From the NCBI RefSeq assembly GCF_039654945.1, contig NW_027361679.1, forward strand, positions 22,072,001 through 22,136,000: a DNA stretch of 64,000 nt, in the 5' to 3' direction. Both the position numbers and the translations under genes were made by a program. A model generated the notes under the pieces. It saw nothing but the letters and a program-made list of their open reading frames with translations, did no database searches and was not told where the DNA came from. The first letter of the stretch is position 1, and the number at the start of each line of letters is the position of its first letter. Shown piece by piece: positions 36,284 through 50,477 of this stretch. The stretch comes from Dendrobates tinctorius (Eukaryota).

Positions 36284-39200
36284 GGCCTCCTTCACACGTC
36301 CTGGTGATTGCTGTACAGGAAAAACAGTACTGTTGAGATCCGTGGTCAATGTCTGTGTACCATCCTTGTGTATGTATGTGACATTCGTGTGTTCATTTGC
36401 TGTCCATGTCATTGCGTCCGTGTTTCACTTCAGTGTGGCTTCCATGTGCAGTCCGTGTGCCGTGTGACACGTACCAGCACCTGGGAAAAGTAGACTAGTT
36501 CACCCTGATCCCAGGCGCTGGCTGCTGCATGCAGCTCTCATCATTGTCACTTGGTCTCTCTGAGATCAGGGCGACCAGGCGACAATGATGGGAATTGTAT
36601 TCAGCAGCAGCTGTGTCCCTCCTGTGTAAAATAAATTAACTAAAAATAGGCGTAGGCTCCCGTGCAATTTTCATAACCAGTAGAGGGAAAGCCCACAACT
36701 GGGCAATGATGTTAATAATCTGGAAAAAGGGGCAATATCCCAAATGGTTCCAAAGGCTATTAATAACAGCTCATAGCTGTTTGCTTAGCCTTTACTGATG
36801 AATTTGCGGGGGACACCAGAAAAAAAATGACGTAGGGTCTTCTTATAAATTCAAACCAGTAAAAGCTAAACAGACAGCCGGGGGTGATATTAACAGCCTG
36901 GGTAGGAGTCAGAGATATTGCCCCCATCTCCCCAAGGCTACCAACATCCGCTCTCAGCCACCCCAGAAATGGTGCATCCATAAGAGCATAACTGTGTTTA
37001 TTATTTTTAAATAGATGTGTAAAACATGCTGTTTTGTTTTATTTCAAATAAAGGATTTTATTCTTGCTGTGTTTATTTCCAAACTTTCTATGGGGTTAGT
37101 AATGTGGATGTCTTATAGACACCTCTACATTACTAACCCCGGGACTTGACCTCATCTGACAATGTAAAGATGACATCAATCCCAACCCTATTACCCCATC
37201 ATCTTATGTATGCCCTATATCTGGGTTGGGTTAGGGCTCATGTTGGTTTCCGGTGGGGTGGCAATATCTCTGAACCCCTGATTTGCTGGTTTGAATTTAA
37301 CCCCTTTCTGACATCAGATGTAATATTCCATCCATGTGACAATTTGACCATGGACAGAATATTACATCATCGCGATTGGCTGTGCTCACAGGGGGTGTGC
37401 AGTTGATCGCTGCCGGGTGTCAGCTGATTCTGACAGCTGACACCCAGCACTAGGTGCCAGGAGTGGTCACAGACCGCTCCCGTCACTCTAACCCATGAAA
37501 TATTGTGATCAAACAAGATCACAGCACTCCAGAAGCCGACACAGGGCTGAAAGCCCCTCTGCCTTTTGTCATGATGACATCCGGGTCACCAGAGCTAAGA
37601 AACTTGTTGATAATGTGAAGTGCATGATCAGCAAGTCTCCCTTTCAGTGCAGCACTGACAGCTTCTATGGCATGCAGATGCTGCTTCATCTGCATGCTAC
37701 AGAGTCGATCAGCTTGCAAAAAGGATTGTCTCATAGTGGAACAAAGTAAAAAAGTTAGGAAAAAGAAAAAAAAATTAAATTGTAAAAATACTTTTACAAA
37801 AATCAAAAATAAGAAAAAAATGAATGTTTATTCTATCACTAAATAAATATTTGAATGAAAAAAAATCTAAACAATAAAAGTACACATATTTGGTATTGCC
37901 GCGTCTGCAACGACCCAACCTATAAAACTGTCCCACTACTTAACCCCTTTAGTGAACAACATTTTAAAAAAAACAAGGCAAAGAACAATGCTTTATCATC
38001 ATACAGCTGAAGCATGGTACCGCTGAAAAATGTCATCTTGTCCCACAAAAAATGAGCCAATATACAGCTCCATCAGAGGAAAAATAAAAGTTATATACCT
38101 CAGAATAAAGCAATGCAAAAGTAATTATTTTTTCTATAAAATTGTTTTTATTATATAAAAGCACCAAAACATAAAAAAATATAAGTGAGGTATCTCTAAT
38201 CATATTGACCCAAAGAATAAATCAGCCTTATCAATTTTACCACACATGGAATGGTATAAAACCATGGACTGTTACCCCCATCAGCTGACCCCTGCTGCTG
38301 CTAATAACAGTGAAAGCAGGAGTGGCGAATGGGAGTATTCATCTGCCTCTCCTGCGCTGTAAATAAATACAGTAATTAAAACGAACGGCGTGGGTTCCCC
38401 TCTATCCTTGATAACCAGCTAGACAAAACTCACAACTAGGGCTTCAACCCTCAATTGTCAGCTTCAGCAAGGTTGGTTAGCCAGAATAGAGGGGTCCCCA
38501 TGCTGTTTTTTTTTAAATTATTTAAATAAATAATAAAAAATAGGCGTGGGGTCCCCCCCCATTTTTGACAACCAGCCTTGCTAAAGCTCACAGCTGGGTG
38601 CTTCTATTCTCAGGCTGGTAAGGGGCCATGGATTTTGACCCCCCAGCCTAAAAATAGCAGCCTGCAACTGCCCAGAAAAGGCATAAATATTAGATGCACA
38701 AATTCTGGAGGTTTGCCCGGATTTTCCTTCTTGCCTTGTGGCAGTGGCAAGTGGAGTAATATTTGTGGGGTTGATGTCACCTTTGTATTGTCAGGCGACA
38801 TTAAGCCAATGGATTAGTAATGGAGAGGCTTCTGTAAGACACCCATCCATTACTAATCCTATATTTGTATTGTAAATAAGACACAGCCAGAATAAAGTCC
38901 TTTGCTTTAAAAAAAGACACACTCCTTTATTAATCTCAATTGTACCACACTTACGGAATGCCTAATTCAAGCGAAGCCCTCAATCTCCTGTAATAAAAAT
39001 AAAATAAAAAAACAACAATATACCATGCCTGTCCATCGTTCTGTCCCATGCAGTAATCCATGTCTGGGGGATAATTAGTTTTCAACCTGCTCAGTGCCAA
39101 GATGTGACAAACCCAGCTGAAAACCACTAGTAAATTAGCTGCTGGTAAAGCAGCATCAGTGACTGGGGGTGACATCATAGAGGTTACCTCCGGTCACTGG

Positions 39201-41174
39201 GCTCCATTCCCAGTCGGGTTGGGTACAAATTTTGTTGCCATTTTTACACACTTCTTGTGTGAAAATTTAAAATCTTTGGCTAAAATAAAATTTTGTTGGT
39301 AAAAATGTAGTTATTTTGTCCTTACTGCCCAATGGTATAAAATTCTGTGACACACCCATGGTTTCAATATAATGCACTCCTAGATGAATTCATTGAGAGG
39401 TGTAGTTCATAAAATGGGGTCACTTATGGGGGTATCTGCTGATTTGACACCTCATGGGCTCTCCCAGTGGGTCATGGCACTTGGAAACCATAACAATAAA
39501 ATCTGGCACTCCTTCCCTTCTGAGCTCTGCCATGCACCCAAAGAGTGTTTACCCCCACATATGGGGTATCAGCGTACTCAGGACAATTTGCACAATAACT
39601 TTTGGGGTCCAATTTCTTCTGTTACCCTTGGCAAAAAAAAAAATTAGGGGCAAAAATTCATTTTTGTGGTAAAAATATGATTTTTTATTTTTACGGCTCT
39701 ATGTTATAAACTTCAGTGAAGCACTTGGGGTTCAAAGTGCTCACCATACATCTAGATAAGTTCCTTAGGGGGTTTAGTTTCCAAAATGGTGTCACTTGTG
39801 AGGTGTTTCCACTGTTTAATCACATCAGGGGCTCTCCAAATGCAACATGACGTCCTGTCTTAATTCCAGCCAATTTTGTGTTGAAAAAGTAGAACGGCAC
39901 TTTTTCAATTCCAAGCTCTGCCATGCGCCCAAACAGTGGTTTACCCCAACATATGGGGTATCAGCATACTCAGGACAAATTGAAAAACAACTCTTGTGAT
40001 CCAATTTCTCCTGCTACTCTTGGAAAAATAAAAAATTGGGGTGAAAAGATCATTTTTGTGAAAAAAAATATGATTTTATATTTTTACGACTTTACATTAT
40101 AAACTTCTGTGAAGCACTTGGGGGTTCAAAGTGCTCACCACACATCTAGATAAGTTCCTTAGGGGGTCTACTTTCCAAAATGGTGTGACTTGTGGGGGGT
40201 TTCCACTATTTAGGCCAATCAGGGGCTCACTAAATGCGACATGGCATCCGATATCAATTCCAGGTACTTTTGCATTGAAAAGTCAAACGGCGCTCGTTCC
40301 CTTCCGAGCTCTGCCATGTGCCGAAATAGTGGTTTACCTGCACATATGGGGTATCTGCATACTCAGGATAAAGAGCACAACAACTTTTGAGGTCCAGTTT
40401 CTCCTGTTATTCTTGGTAAAATGAAAAAATTGGATCTGAATATATTTTTGATGAAAAAAGTTAAATGTTCTTTTTTAAACATTACAAAAATTCATGTGAA
40501 GCACCTGAATGGTTAATAAACTTCTTGAATGTGGTTTTGAGCATTCAGGGTTGCACTTTTTAGAATAGTGTCACATTTGGGTATTTTGTATCATATAGAC
40601 CCCTCAAAGTGACTTCAAATGTGATGTGGTCCTTAAAAAAATGGTGTTATAAAAATGAGAAATTGCTGTTTAAATTTTAACCCTTATAACTTCCTAGCAA
40701 AAAAAAATTTGGTTCAGTGGTCAGAATTGTAAAAATTGGCCCGGGCATTAGCTTGCAAACCACCCTTGGGAGTAAAGTGGTTTTAAGTGGGCCCTATGTC
40801 ATTTTTTCTTGGTTCCCCAGTAAATTCACACTGATCTCAGCACAAGCAGGAGACAATGATAAGAGCTTGCCTTCAGCACCTGGGAACAGCACAAACTCTA
40901 CCGCTTCTTCGCAGGTGCCGATATGGGTCATGCTGATGACACACAGATGTCATCCATGTGTCATCAGTGTGCACATGTACAGCACGCTGTTTTCCCATGC
41001 TGCTGATTAAATACTGACATGTATGCAGGTTTTTCAAACTGACACACGCTTCATGTGAAATATCAGTCATGTGCATACCACCATTGAATAGAATGGGTGT
41101 GCATATGTCTGTATTTGTAGTTCCTAAAAAACGGACTGCATGTGGACACAAAAAACAGACATGTGAAGAGGTCC
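36284..41174. mobile_element. PIF/Harbinger-like non-autonomous element hosting nested insertions
   Basis: TIRs GGCCTCCTTCACACGTCC / GACATGTGAAGAGGTCC|TAA; subterminal inverted similarity (36500-36600 vs 40830-40900). Confidence 0.6.
37301..40785 (-). mobile_element. piggyBac-like (TTAA|CCC) non-autonomous element with ~360-390-bp internal repeats
   Basis: TTAA|CCCCTTTCTGAC left end; 39230-40785 is the reverse complement of the family at 61630-63501. Confidence 0.65.
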
Positions 41175-42127
41175 TAAATGCTGATTCTGTAAAAATCACA
41201 ATTTTGCAACAATAGCTCCAGTGCATGTTTTGAACTAAAACTGTCCACTATGCAGCTCCTATAAAATCTATTCGACATGTCTTCCCTAATTCCCAACAAA
41301 TCAAATTAATTTTATGCGTAGTCATCATGATACTTTAGTGCGTCTTTATTCATACAAATACGCTATATATTTGTCTACAGGCTACACAGTTATTAATCAT
41401 GGGAAAAACACTTAGATTCAAAAGTCTCATATTTGAGATTAACAATGTGGAATGTTTCACTGACTCTGATAGTTAATAAGATATCTTTGTATAGTTTAAT
41501 AACAGTAAATTCTTGCTCATATGCACTCTCCACTAGGCTGAGTTTGCATGTGTTCTCATCATATGGATAGGTGAATAAGCCTCCTCACTATGCCAATCTT
41601 AGGACAGTTGTAAGGCCCTTGTGCCCATTAGATAATTGGCTAATCCTTTAAATTTGGTTGCTTCAGTTGACTTGAATCAAAGGTGTATGTTGGTCTTATG
41701 GCTAGCTAAAGTAGTTTATTAACATAGGAAATTAGAATAAGGTAAAGTTGTCCAAGCTCACGGAGTCTCATGGTAATGAGATGTGACTTCTGAGTTATCA
41801 GTGATACCTGGGGAAATCAATAATCTTCTATACAATCAGCGATATTGGATGATTTAATATTCATGCACTTTGCAAGAAGATAAAATGTGGCAACATTTAG
41901 TAAAGAGAGCCACTCCTCTATGACTGCCATCTGCAATGAGTTTACAGGTGAGGTGAGATATTAGAGTTAGGGACCACCCTAATTTGGTACACCTTGTCAT
42001 AGTGCAATGGCTTTTATGCCCTTTTGATCAAAATAGCTAGTGTCAAGTAAATACTCTTTGCTACCTACATGATTTACTAATATTTATTTACCTACTGCAT
42101 GTTTTTTGCTGATTGTTTTTATCCTAG

Positions 42128-42181
42128 GTTTTGTCTGTTAATCACCACAGTCTGAATATGGATTGGGTTCACCTTGTCGTG
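42128..42181 (+). other. Candidate 54-nt exon (unverified)
   Basis: TACTAAT..TGCATG..TTGTTTTTATCCTAG|GTT...GTG|GTGAGA; one open frame, VLSVNHHSLNMDWVHLVV. Confidence 0.2.
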
Positions 42182-42539
42182 GTGAGATAGCTTTTCCCCT
42201 ATGTTATTTATAAGTACTAAAATTATTATTTATTTCCTGCTGGTTATTTTTGCATTTTTTTTTTATTTTAAGTTTTGTTTGTTAGTGGCCACAGTGTCAA
42301 TGTGCACCAACCCAATTCACTGATACCAACAGGTGAGCTGGACCATTTTTGCAGTATTGCTTCACTTTACAGCATATACAGATTAGGAATTTTTTCATCA
42401 TGCAAAGACCCGATTCTTTGTGTAATCTGTTTAATTACTTGGCAGTCTGCACTCATGGACTCTTCCAGGATTTGGGATAATATCTTACTCCACCTTGACA
42501 AGCCCAAATGTAGATAACTATGTCTGCTGCTTTGACTTA

Positions 42540-42935
42540 GGGTACCGTTACACTTAGCGATGCACCAGCGATCCCGACAATGATATGGATCGCTGGTACA
42601 TCGCTAAGTGGTCGCTAGTGAGTTGCCACACAGGCAGATCTCACCAGCGACATAGCAGGGGTCGGTGGTCGCTACTTACCTGTCAGACGCGGCGATCCTG
42701 ACGTCCTCCCGCCCACGTCCACGTGTCGCTCATCGGCACCACAGGAAGCCCAGCAGGAAGTGCCCAACGAGAAATGGTCCAGGACGTTCTCGCACGACCA
42801 GCGATGAGCAGCGGGTGAGCCGGTCGGAGGTAAGTATCAGACATAGAGATATCGCTAGTAATATTGCTGCTACGTCACAAAATTGGTGACGTTACAGCGA
42901 TATTGCTAGCGATATCACTATGTGTAGCGGGGACT
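42540..42935. mobile_element. PIF/Harbinger-like MITE
   Basis: Same family as 13964-14357; TTA TSD. Confidence 0.8.
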
Positions 42936-43881
42936 TTAGTCTGCCATGAACTTTGTCTAATGGGCTTCCTTTCTTGTCAAGTTTGACTAAACTTTTTCTG
43001 TTAATTTTATAGAGGAATATATCACTAGATTTCACAAGAGAAAATGTATATGCTATTCAGTAGAAATCTTAGATCTTATGAGATTGGTGTATTTATTTAA
43101 AAAATCCATGTAAGACTGGTAAGCCTGAGAGCTGTATGTAAGCCTGACTGAGAGCTGCAGCTTGTACTGTGCCGAGTGAGATTTGCAATGGCAAGAGTAA
43201 ACTGAGGCGCTGTCAAGCAAGCTATGTGGATGGAGATTTAATAGAAGCAAGGAATAGGGATGCTAAGGTGTTGTCTGTCAATAATTATGTTATAATTTTG
43301 AGTTTCAGATACATTACAAACAGATTTATGTTAGGTCACACAATTGAATTAACTCATCTATTCCATATGCCAAAATGTTTGCTGCTCTTTATTTCAATAT
43401 GAAAAAAGTAACATTGCTTAAATATTTAGCAACATGATGTTATGGAGAGAATAAGGCTATGTGGGTATAGGAGATCTAGTGTTTTCCAATTTTCCTCTTC
43501 ATCTGTGATGTGCAGGAGACTCCAATCAGTCTCGCTCTGAACAGGTTGAAATAACTGTCAGCTGTACTTTAAATTGTGTGCCATGGAAAAGGAATATGGT
43601 AAAAGGATTTGTTGCAGACGTGTTTATTGGAATTCTGAAGTGGAAATATCTGTGACTGTACTTTGCTAAAATTGCCACTGGCATTTCTAGTCATATGTTC
43701 ATGTTTAGAGGAGCCAAAGTACTACAAAGGAGAAAAGAGCATCAAAAAGTCAATTTTTAAAACAGTACATTTTAAACTTTTATTCAAGACAAGCGTTAAT
43801 CTTCATTATTGGGGCCAGAGTATGTCAATTGGATATGTTTTACTCTGTCAGATAATATGAAAATAAAAATGCATATCATAT

Positions 43882-44385
43882 ATTTTTGGACTATAAGACG
43901 TACCTTTTTCCCCCCATATTTGGGAGGAAAATGGGAGTGCTTCTTATAGGGAAGAGCAGCCGCTGTAAGAAGTCGTCGGCAGCAGGAGTGGGGCAATGCA
44001 GCGGGCCCAGTGAAAGGAGGAGGGTAGGGGGTGTCACAGCAGTGAGAGTCAGGAGGGCTTTAAGAAAATGGCACCAGTTGGTTCCAGTTGTCGGCACATG
44101 TGCAGATTTAGATCTCCGCTCAATGACAAGCTAAGATCTGAATCTGTGCATGTGCTGACAACTGATTCCGTTTTACTGAAAACCATTGGGAGATCAATGT
44201 TCGCAGTGGCGATTCTGCTTCTGCCTCACACCGCCAGGACACCCCCTCCTCCTTTCTCAGGGCCTGCAGCAGTGTCCCACTCCTGCTGACAAATTACATA
44301 AATGTTACTTTTCTCCTGCCTCCTGTTACCCTGTTCCACAGCCAACGACCACCCGGTAAGATACATTCGGACTGTAAGATGCTCC
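43882..44385. mobile_element. Tc1/mariner-pogo-like MITE fragment
   Basis: TTTTTGGACTATAAGACG motif repeated near 44365 (TTCGGACTGTAAGATG). Confidence 0.4.
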
Positions 44386-44399
44386 TGAGACCCCTTATA

Positions 44400-44922
44400 C
44401 AGCTCTGGAAGAAATGAAGAGGCTACCACAACAAAACCCTGTCATGGGCAGCCCATTCTCCAGACGAGAACCCCATTGAAAACCTCTGGAATGTAATCAA
44501 GAGGATGATGGATAGTTACAAGCCATCAAACAAAGAAGAACAGCTTAAATTTTTGAGCCAGAAGCAGTATGAAAGACTGGTGGCAAGCATGCCAAGACGC
44601 ATGAAAGATGTTTTTAAAAATCATGGTTATTCCACAAAATATTGATTTCTGAACTCTTCCTGAGTTAAAACATTAGTATTGATGTTTCTAAGTGATTATG
44701 AACTTGTTTTATTTGCAATATTTGAGGTCTGAAAGCACTGGAGGTTTTTTTAAATTTTGACCATTTTTCTTTGTCAGAAAAAAAAATGTATTGCTTGGAA
44801 ATTCGCAGACATGTTGTCAGAAGTTTATAGACTAAAAGAATAATTTACATTTTGCTCAAAAATATACCCATAAAGAGAAAAGTCAGACAAACTGAACATT
44901 TGAAAGTTGTCTCTTAATTTTG
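44400..44922 (+). mobile_element. Internally deleted Tc1 element
   Basis: TA|CAGCTCTGG..AAGAG left TIR fused to a transposase C-terminus (SPDxNPIENLWNVIKR ... SMPRRMK.V.KNHGYSTKY*); right end CTCTTAATTTTG. Confidence 0.85.
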
Positions 44923-45119
44923 CATGTCTGATCCTGTGACAGGTTAAGCATTCTTTTTTTTTGTCTATTTTCCTCCTCTAAACTAGGTGTGTGTCTTATG
45001 GTTCAGTGTCTCTTATATCGCAAAAATATAGTATATTTTATACATTTTCAAAGCAGCTGATACATATTAACAGGCTAAGTTATAAAAGAGATATGATTGA
45101 CTGCAAAAGACATACTGAT

Positions 45120-45240
45120 AGAAAATTTGGATTGAGGCTTCCAATGGGGAGGGACATGATACTGCCTGTAAAGCGCTGTGGAATATGATGTTCCTATATA
45201 AGCAAGCATAATCAATAAATGAATAAATAAGTAAATAAAT
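45120..45240 (+). mobile_element. L2/SINE-like 3' end
   Basis: GTAAAGCGCTGTGGAATATG...TATATAAG..(AATA)n, matching the reverse complement of the L2 tail at ~26190-26230. Confidence 0.55.
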
Positions 45241-45563
45241 AGCCTTGTTTATTAAAAGGAACCTGTCAGTTGATTAATGCTGCCTAAAACATGTGCAAAA
45301 TAAATCAAAGCCTGGCCGCATGATTGTAGCCAGTTGTGTTTTTCTCTGAAATGCTCCCTTTAAGATCAAATGTCCTTGCTTTACATAACACTTCCTAATG
45401 CCCATTTCCTTAATTGTAGCTGGGGTACCAGTAACATACAGCATATCTAAACACTGTTTTTAAGAAAGTTCCCATAAATGTGCATCCCACATGTCTGGTC
45501 CACGTATGATTATTACCTCTTCTTTAGCTTTAACAGATGAATGATGCAAGATAACAACTCTTA

Positions 45564-45958
45564 AGGGCCTGTCACACTAAGCGATATCGCTATAACGTCA
45601 CTGGCTTTTGTGACGTTATAGCGATATCACTAGCGATATCGCTATGTGTGATACTTACCTCCGACCGCTCCCCTGCTGGTTATCGCTGATCGCGCGAGAG
45701 CGTCCTGGACCGTTTCTCGTCGTCAGCTTCCTGCTGGGCTTCCTGCTGTGACAACGAGCGACGCGTGGACGCGGGCGGGAGGACGTCAGGATCGCCTCAT
45801 CTGACAGGAAAGTAGCGACCCCTGACCCCTGCGATGTCGCTGGTGAGATCTGCCTGTGTGGCAGCTCACTAGCGACCACTTAGCGATGCACCAGCGATCC
45901 TGACCGGGTCATATCGCTGGTCGGGATCGCTGGTACATCGCTGAGTGTGACAGTACCT
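45564..45958. mobile_element. PIF/Harbinger-like MITE (opposite orientation)
   Basis: Reverse complement of the 13964 family; TTA TSD. Confidence 0.8.
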
Positions 45959-47784
45959 TTAAAATAAAAATGATTTGGAAATTCTCTGTTGGGAGATGCT
46001 TGTGTTATATTGTGTCTGTATTTGGACACCTGGTGGTTGTGATGTGAGTTGCAATCCATCATTGCATATAGTGCATGCATTGAATTCATCTGGTGACAGG
46101 TTGTAGACCTTAGGACAGAAATTCACAACAAATTAAGTGAAAATTTCAGTAAAGAAATAGAGCAGCCTAAAGAAGAGGCAGATGAAAAAAAAAGTCTAAG
46201 GAGTCACAGGACATTGGCTCTCAGGGAACGTTCTTAGCGCTATTAAAATATAGTGCAATATTCGACTTCTTCCCCCCATCCTAGCTCATTTGGTATGATA
46301 CTATTAACCTGTTCCTGACGGTAGACCAGTAGCAATGTTACTATTACCCATTTTAAATTCTAGACCATGAAGAATGTTATCATGAACCTATATGGACCAA
46401 AATGCAAGAATCACCATCCTTGATAACCCCGATCACAAGGAACATTCGATACACATTAAGTCACACTTTACTGGTTTGAACATGTGGCAATAACATATCT
46501 ATTTTGAATCGATTTAAGGTATTTTTCCTTGTATGAGTAACTCCAAGTCATATTGCACTTCTCAATTCAGTTATTAGGCTTTTTGGGGTGACTCAAAATA
46601 TGTCATTAAAATCATTAACCTGGACAACCCTTTTAAGAAAGTCTTGGGTGATTAATAGGAGAAGCAAATGACTTGACTGGGATTGTCTGTGGTTAATGTT
46701 TAAAAAAGGTGATTTTGCCAAATTTACCAACCTATTTTACGGATGCAATTTTCTAATACAGTATATACGGGAGGTTAACAACTTTACTTAAATCTTTTAC
46801 TTAATATATTAATATTATTAAAACCCTTTTCGTCAGCGCATTTTTTATGGATTCTTATTATAAGCATATAAAATAGGATGTAGCTAACAAATCCATTCTG
46901 TTTAAACTGATGTTTGTTTTAGAGATTAAGCAGATGCCTGAAGTGCATATGGCAGCTAGATCGAGAGAGTGAATGCAAATATTGTGCTAAATTAATGAGT
47001 GCATAGTCTTTTTTAAAACAAATACAGAGTTACTTCCAAACACCAGAGATTTAGTACAGTTTTCATAGTCACGTCAACTGAACTATTATGGAAGGTAGAA
47101 AGAATTTAGTAATGACCGCTTTGGGTTACAGCTCCTTTATGCCATTTTTAGCCATGCACATAAAACAGAACTTCTTTATACTTCGGTGTAACTATAGTAC
47201 ATAAATTTTGCCTTCTAGTTATGCATACTGCAGGAATCATTTAAATAATGACTTTGCATAGGAACAGCTTGTTAAGGATAATTATTTAATTTCAAATCTG
47301 GGATAATTCTGAAAGCAAAGTACTGAAATGGACTGGAAAATTGACTCTTGAAGGTGCTGTCTCATCACTACCATTAGAAGCATTTCATTAAGCTATGCTG
47401 CAAATGGTCAAATGTCGAGGGTTCTGACGTCTATGACTGTGCCATTTTGTCTCCATTGCCGCCATATGTCAGTCATTACAGCTTATTACTATAAAGTTAG
47501 TCAATTATTACAACTCTGTTCATGCCCACAACTCTCAGGAAAACAGAGTTCCCGAATTCATTATTAACCTAAAAGTGGTGGTGCCATCAGTATAGTGGGT
47601 ATGTGGGTAATCTTCCTATGAAATTATTTCTCTGGTAAGCAAAGAGTTGTAAGAATGGGAAACAGCTATAAAGTACTTAATTTCTAGAGAAACATCTTTT
47701 CTTCTCCAGTCACTTGATAGAAAGATAAAATGTACTAAGCAGCGGCCACTAAAAAATGTATAGATCTAAAATAATGTACAGATC

Positions 47785-48092
47785 GAAGGGATGACACAGT
47801 GTAGAGGGATCATCCTTATTCTTATTTGCACATGGAAAAATTAGAAGCAATGGACTGAAACCGAGAAGATACAGATTAGATATTAGGAAAAACTTTTTGA
47901 CATTGAGGGTGATTAATGAGTGGTACATGCTGCCATGAGAGGTGGAGAGTTCTCCTTCAATGGAAGTCTCCAAACATGAGCTGGACAGACATTTGGGATG
48001 ATTTAGTGGATCCTGCTTTGAGCAGGGGTTTTACACGATAACCCTGGCAATCCCTTCCTACTCTAACATTCTATAAGTCTATGATTCTATGA
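47785..48092 (+). mobile_element. CR1 3' end
   Basis: Reverse complement of 15083-15390; ends ATTCTAT..CTATGATTCTATG. Confidence 0.88.
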
Positions 48093-48278
48093 TCTGCCTT
48101 GCTCCACTGTGTACATTGGTTACATTTGAGCACTGCCAGAGAAGTTATCAGTTTATCAGTGGTGGCACCAGGTGTCAGACCCCCACTGATCTCATAAGTC
48201 ATAAATATATAAGTCCCAAACAACTCATGTCAGTCCTGCTCGGTTAGATGGCAAGACTTCCTTCAGCCACTAGCTTAA

Positions 48279-48645
48279 AGCCCCCTGTCACACATAGTGA
48301 TGCATCATCGATCCCGACAATGATGTGACCTGGTCAGGATTGCTGGTGTGTTGCTACATGACAGCGGGTAACTAAAGTGCGCAGTTTACCTTGGATACCA
48401 GCTCCAGCTCGCTGATCGATGGTCTCCCGCTGCCACACGTGATATGTGCTGGCCAGCGGGAGACCAACGATCAAAAAAATGTCCAGAGCATTAGAGCATT
48501 AGAACACGATCAGCGATAACGGGCGGGGGGCAGTCGCTGATACATGTCACACACAGCGAGATTGCTGGTGAGATCGCTGTTGCGTCACAAAACTTGTGAC
48601 TCAGCAGCAATCTCGCTAGCGATCTCGCTGTGTGTGACGGGTCCT
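48279..48645. mobile_element. PIF/Harbinger-like MITE
   Basis: AGCCCCCTGTCACACA ... TGTGTGACGGGTCCT; TAA TSD. Confidence 0.75.
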
Positions 48646-48809
48646 TAAGATGGAACTGATAAGCTGAAGATTAATGTCTTTGTTCTCTGTTGCATTTCTA
48701 CAAGAATGATGACTTCAAGGTCATGCAGAAAATGCAGAAGACTAACATTGCAGACCAAGTATATTTTTTTCTAATGTAATTATTTATTTGTAAGCTTAGT
48801 GATCCTTTA

Positions 48810-49250
48810 AAGAGGTTATTCAGGGCTACATTATTTTTTACTGTGGGAATAAGAACCTAACTACCTGTCTGTTATGCCCAGCAAATATTTCTGTCAGCAG
48901 ATGACAGTCGATCGATCACTCATGCCAGCGATTCTGCGGCTTCCACTGACATCATGTTGACAAAGCAATGGCTTCTCTTCTGCTCTGCTTTGTTGATGGG
49001 GTGTGACTGCTGATGTCATGCTAAATGACTGCCACATCAGCATGACAACAGAAGTCACATCCCATTAGCCAAGCAGCCCAGTAGAAAAGTTGCTCTGCTG
49101 ACGTAGATCTCTGGCATGAGCGGTCAGTAACTGCTCTGAGCTAACTTCGGGCAGAACAGGCAGGTACTGTAGTTTCTAACTAGTTATCAACTACCTGTCT
49201 GTTAATTTTTTGGCTCACAGTAAAAAAAAAATAACTCTTGGATAACTTCT
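48810..49250. mobile_element. T2-type MITE
   Basis: TTAA|AGAGGTTATTCAGG ... TTGGATAACTTCT|TTA; inverted arms. Confidence 0.6.
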
Positions 49251-50465
49251 TTAGTGGAATAAAGTTTTAAATGTGTAAAAATAAAGTTAAAACAATATGA
49301 AAGGCAATGATTCTAGATCTTAAGTTAACCATTACACAACAAGGCAATAGAAAGCTATTCTTAATATATGTTGCTTCCAAATCCAGACCTATAAATATTG
49401 TAAATGTAAAATAATTAAATTGTACATAAAAACATCTGTATTCCAAATTAATCAAAGCATCACTGTAATGTAACGTGACTGATATATAGATGATGTAACA
49501 AAGGTCTCATCTACACCCTGCATAATATACACTATACACACAGAATGGAATCACCGGCAGCACATTGCAGATCTTGGCTCAGCAGTGCGCCTCACCTTTA
49601 AAATTAATAAGAATAAATTACTCTTTATAATTACAGGGCTCAGAAGGAGTTCCTAATTCACAGAATGAGTTCCATGCACTGCATGCTCATCAAATGCAAA
49701 ATAATTTAGTAACTAGCTAATTAATTTGTAATTGACAACACTGTCCTGATGCAAAGGACTTCATTTAATTTGGCTCTCTCTCAGAAGCTCGTGACTGTGT
49801 GCTCTGTAGACTTATCACTTTAACAAAGCAGAAAGCCATTTTCCATGCATAACTTTATGTGCACGCTGATTAATTTTCTAACATATGTATATAGAATAAA
49901 GGAAGGTTCTTCATTTTAAAATCTACTTAGGAAGTAAAAATATTTTATTTTGGCCAGTTTCACATGAGCCTAATGCAGCAACCTTTTACAACTCTTTATG
50001 ACCCGATCTGATGGCAGGTCTAATGATACAAACTGACTGCAACCATTTAATCCATTGGATCATGATCACTAACACTTTCATGAATTATGTTTTTATTCAT
50101 CCTTGATCCATGACAATGTTATAGAGCTGAAAATGTAATCTATTTTTATTTTAAATGCACCTCCGTCACTAACGTTTACGTGACACCTCGTTTCATAGAT
50201 CATAAGCATCCAAATGCAGAAATTGTTCACTGAAGGAGCAAAGTACATGGGAATGGAGAAGAAACTAATAAATCACTTGTATGTAGTTCAGATGTTAATT
50301 ATTTCATGTTTGGCGCAACATTCATTTTGCCGACAGGAACATATTGGAGTCTAAGCACTTTATGCCAATAAATATTTTTTTTCTCTCTTTTAATTTACTT
50401 ATTTTATCTTTTATTTTTAATGTGTAACTTAATTCATGATTTCTTTTTTCTTGTTTTTACTGCAG

Positions 50466-50477
50466 GACCATATAACA
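50466..50477 (+). other. Candidate 12-nt microexon (unverified)
   Basis: ~90-nt U-rich tract ending TTTCTTTTTTCTTGTTTTTACTGCAG|GACCATATAACA|GTAGGG. Confidence 0.3.
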
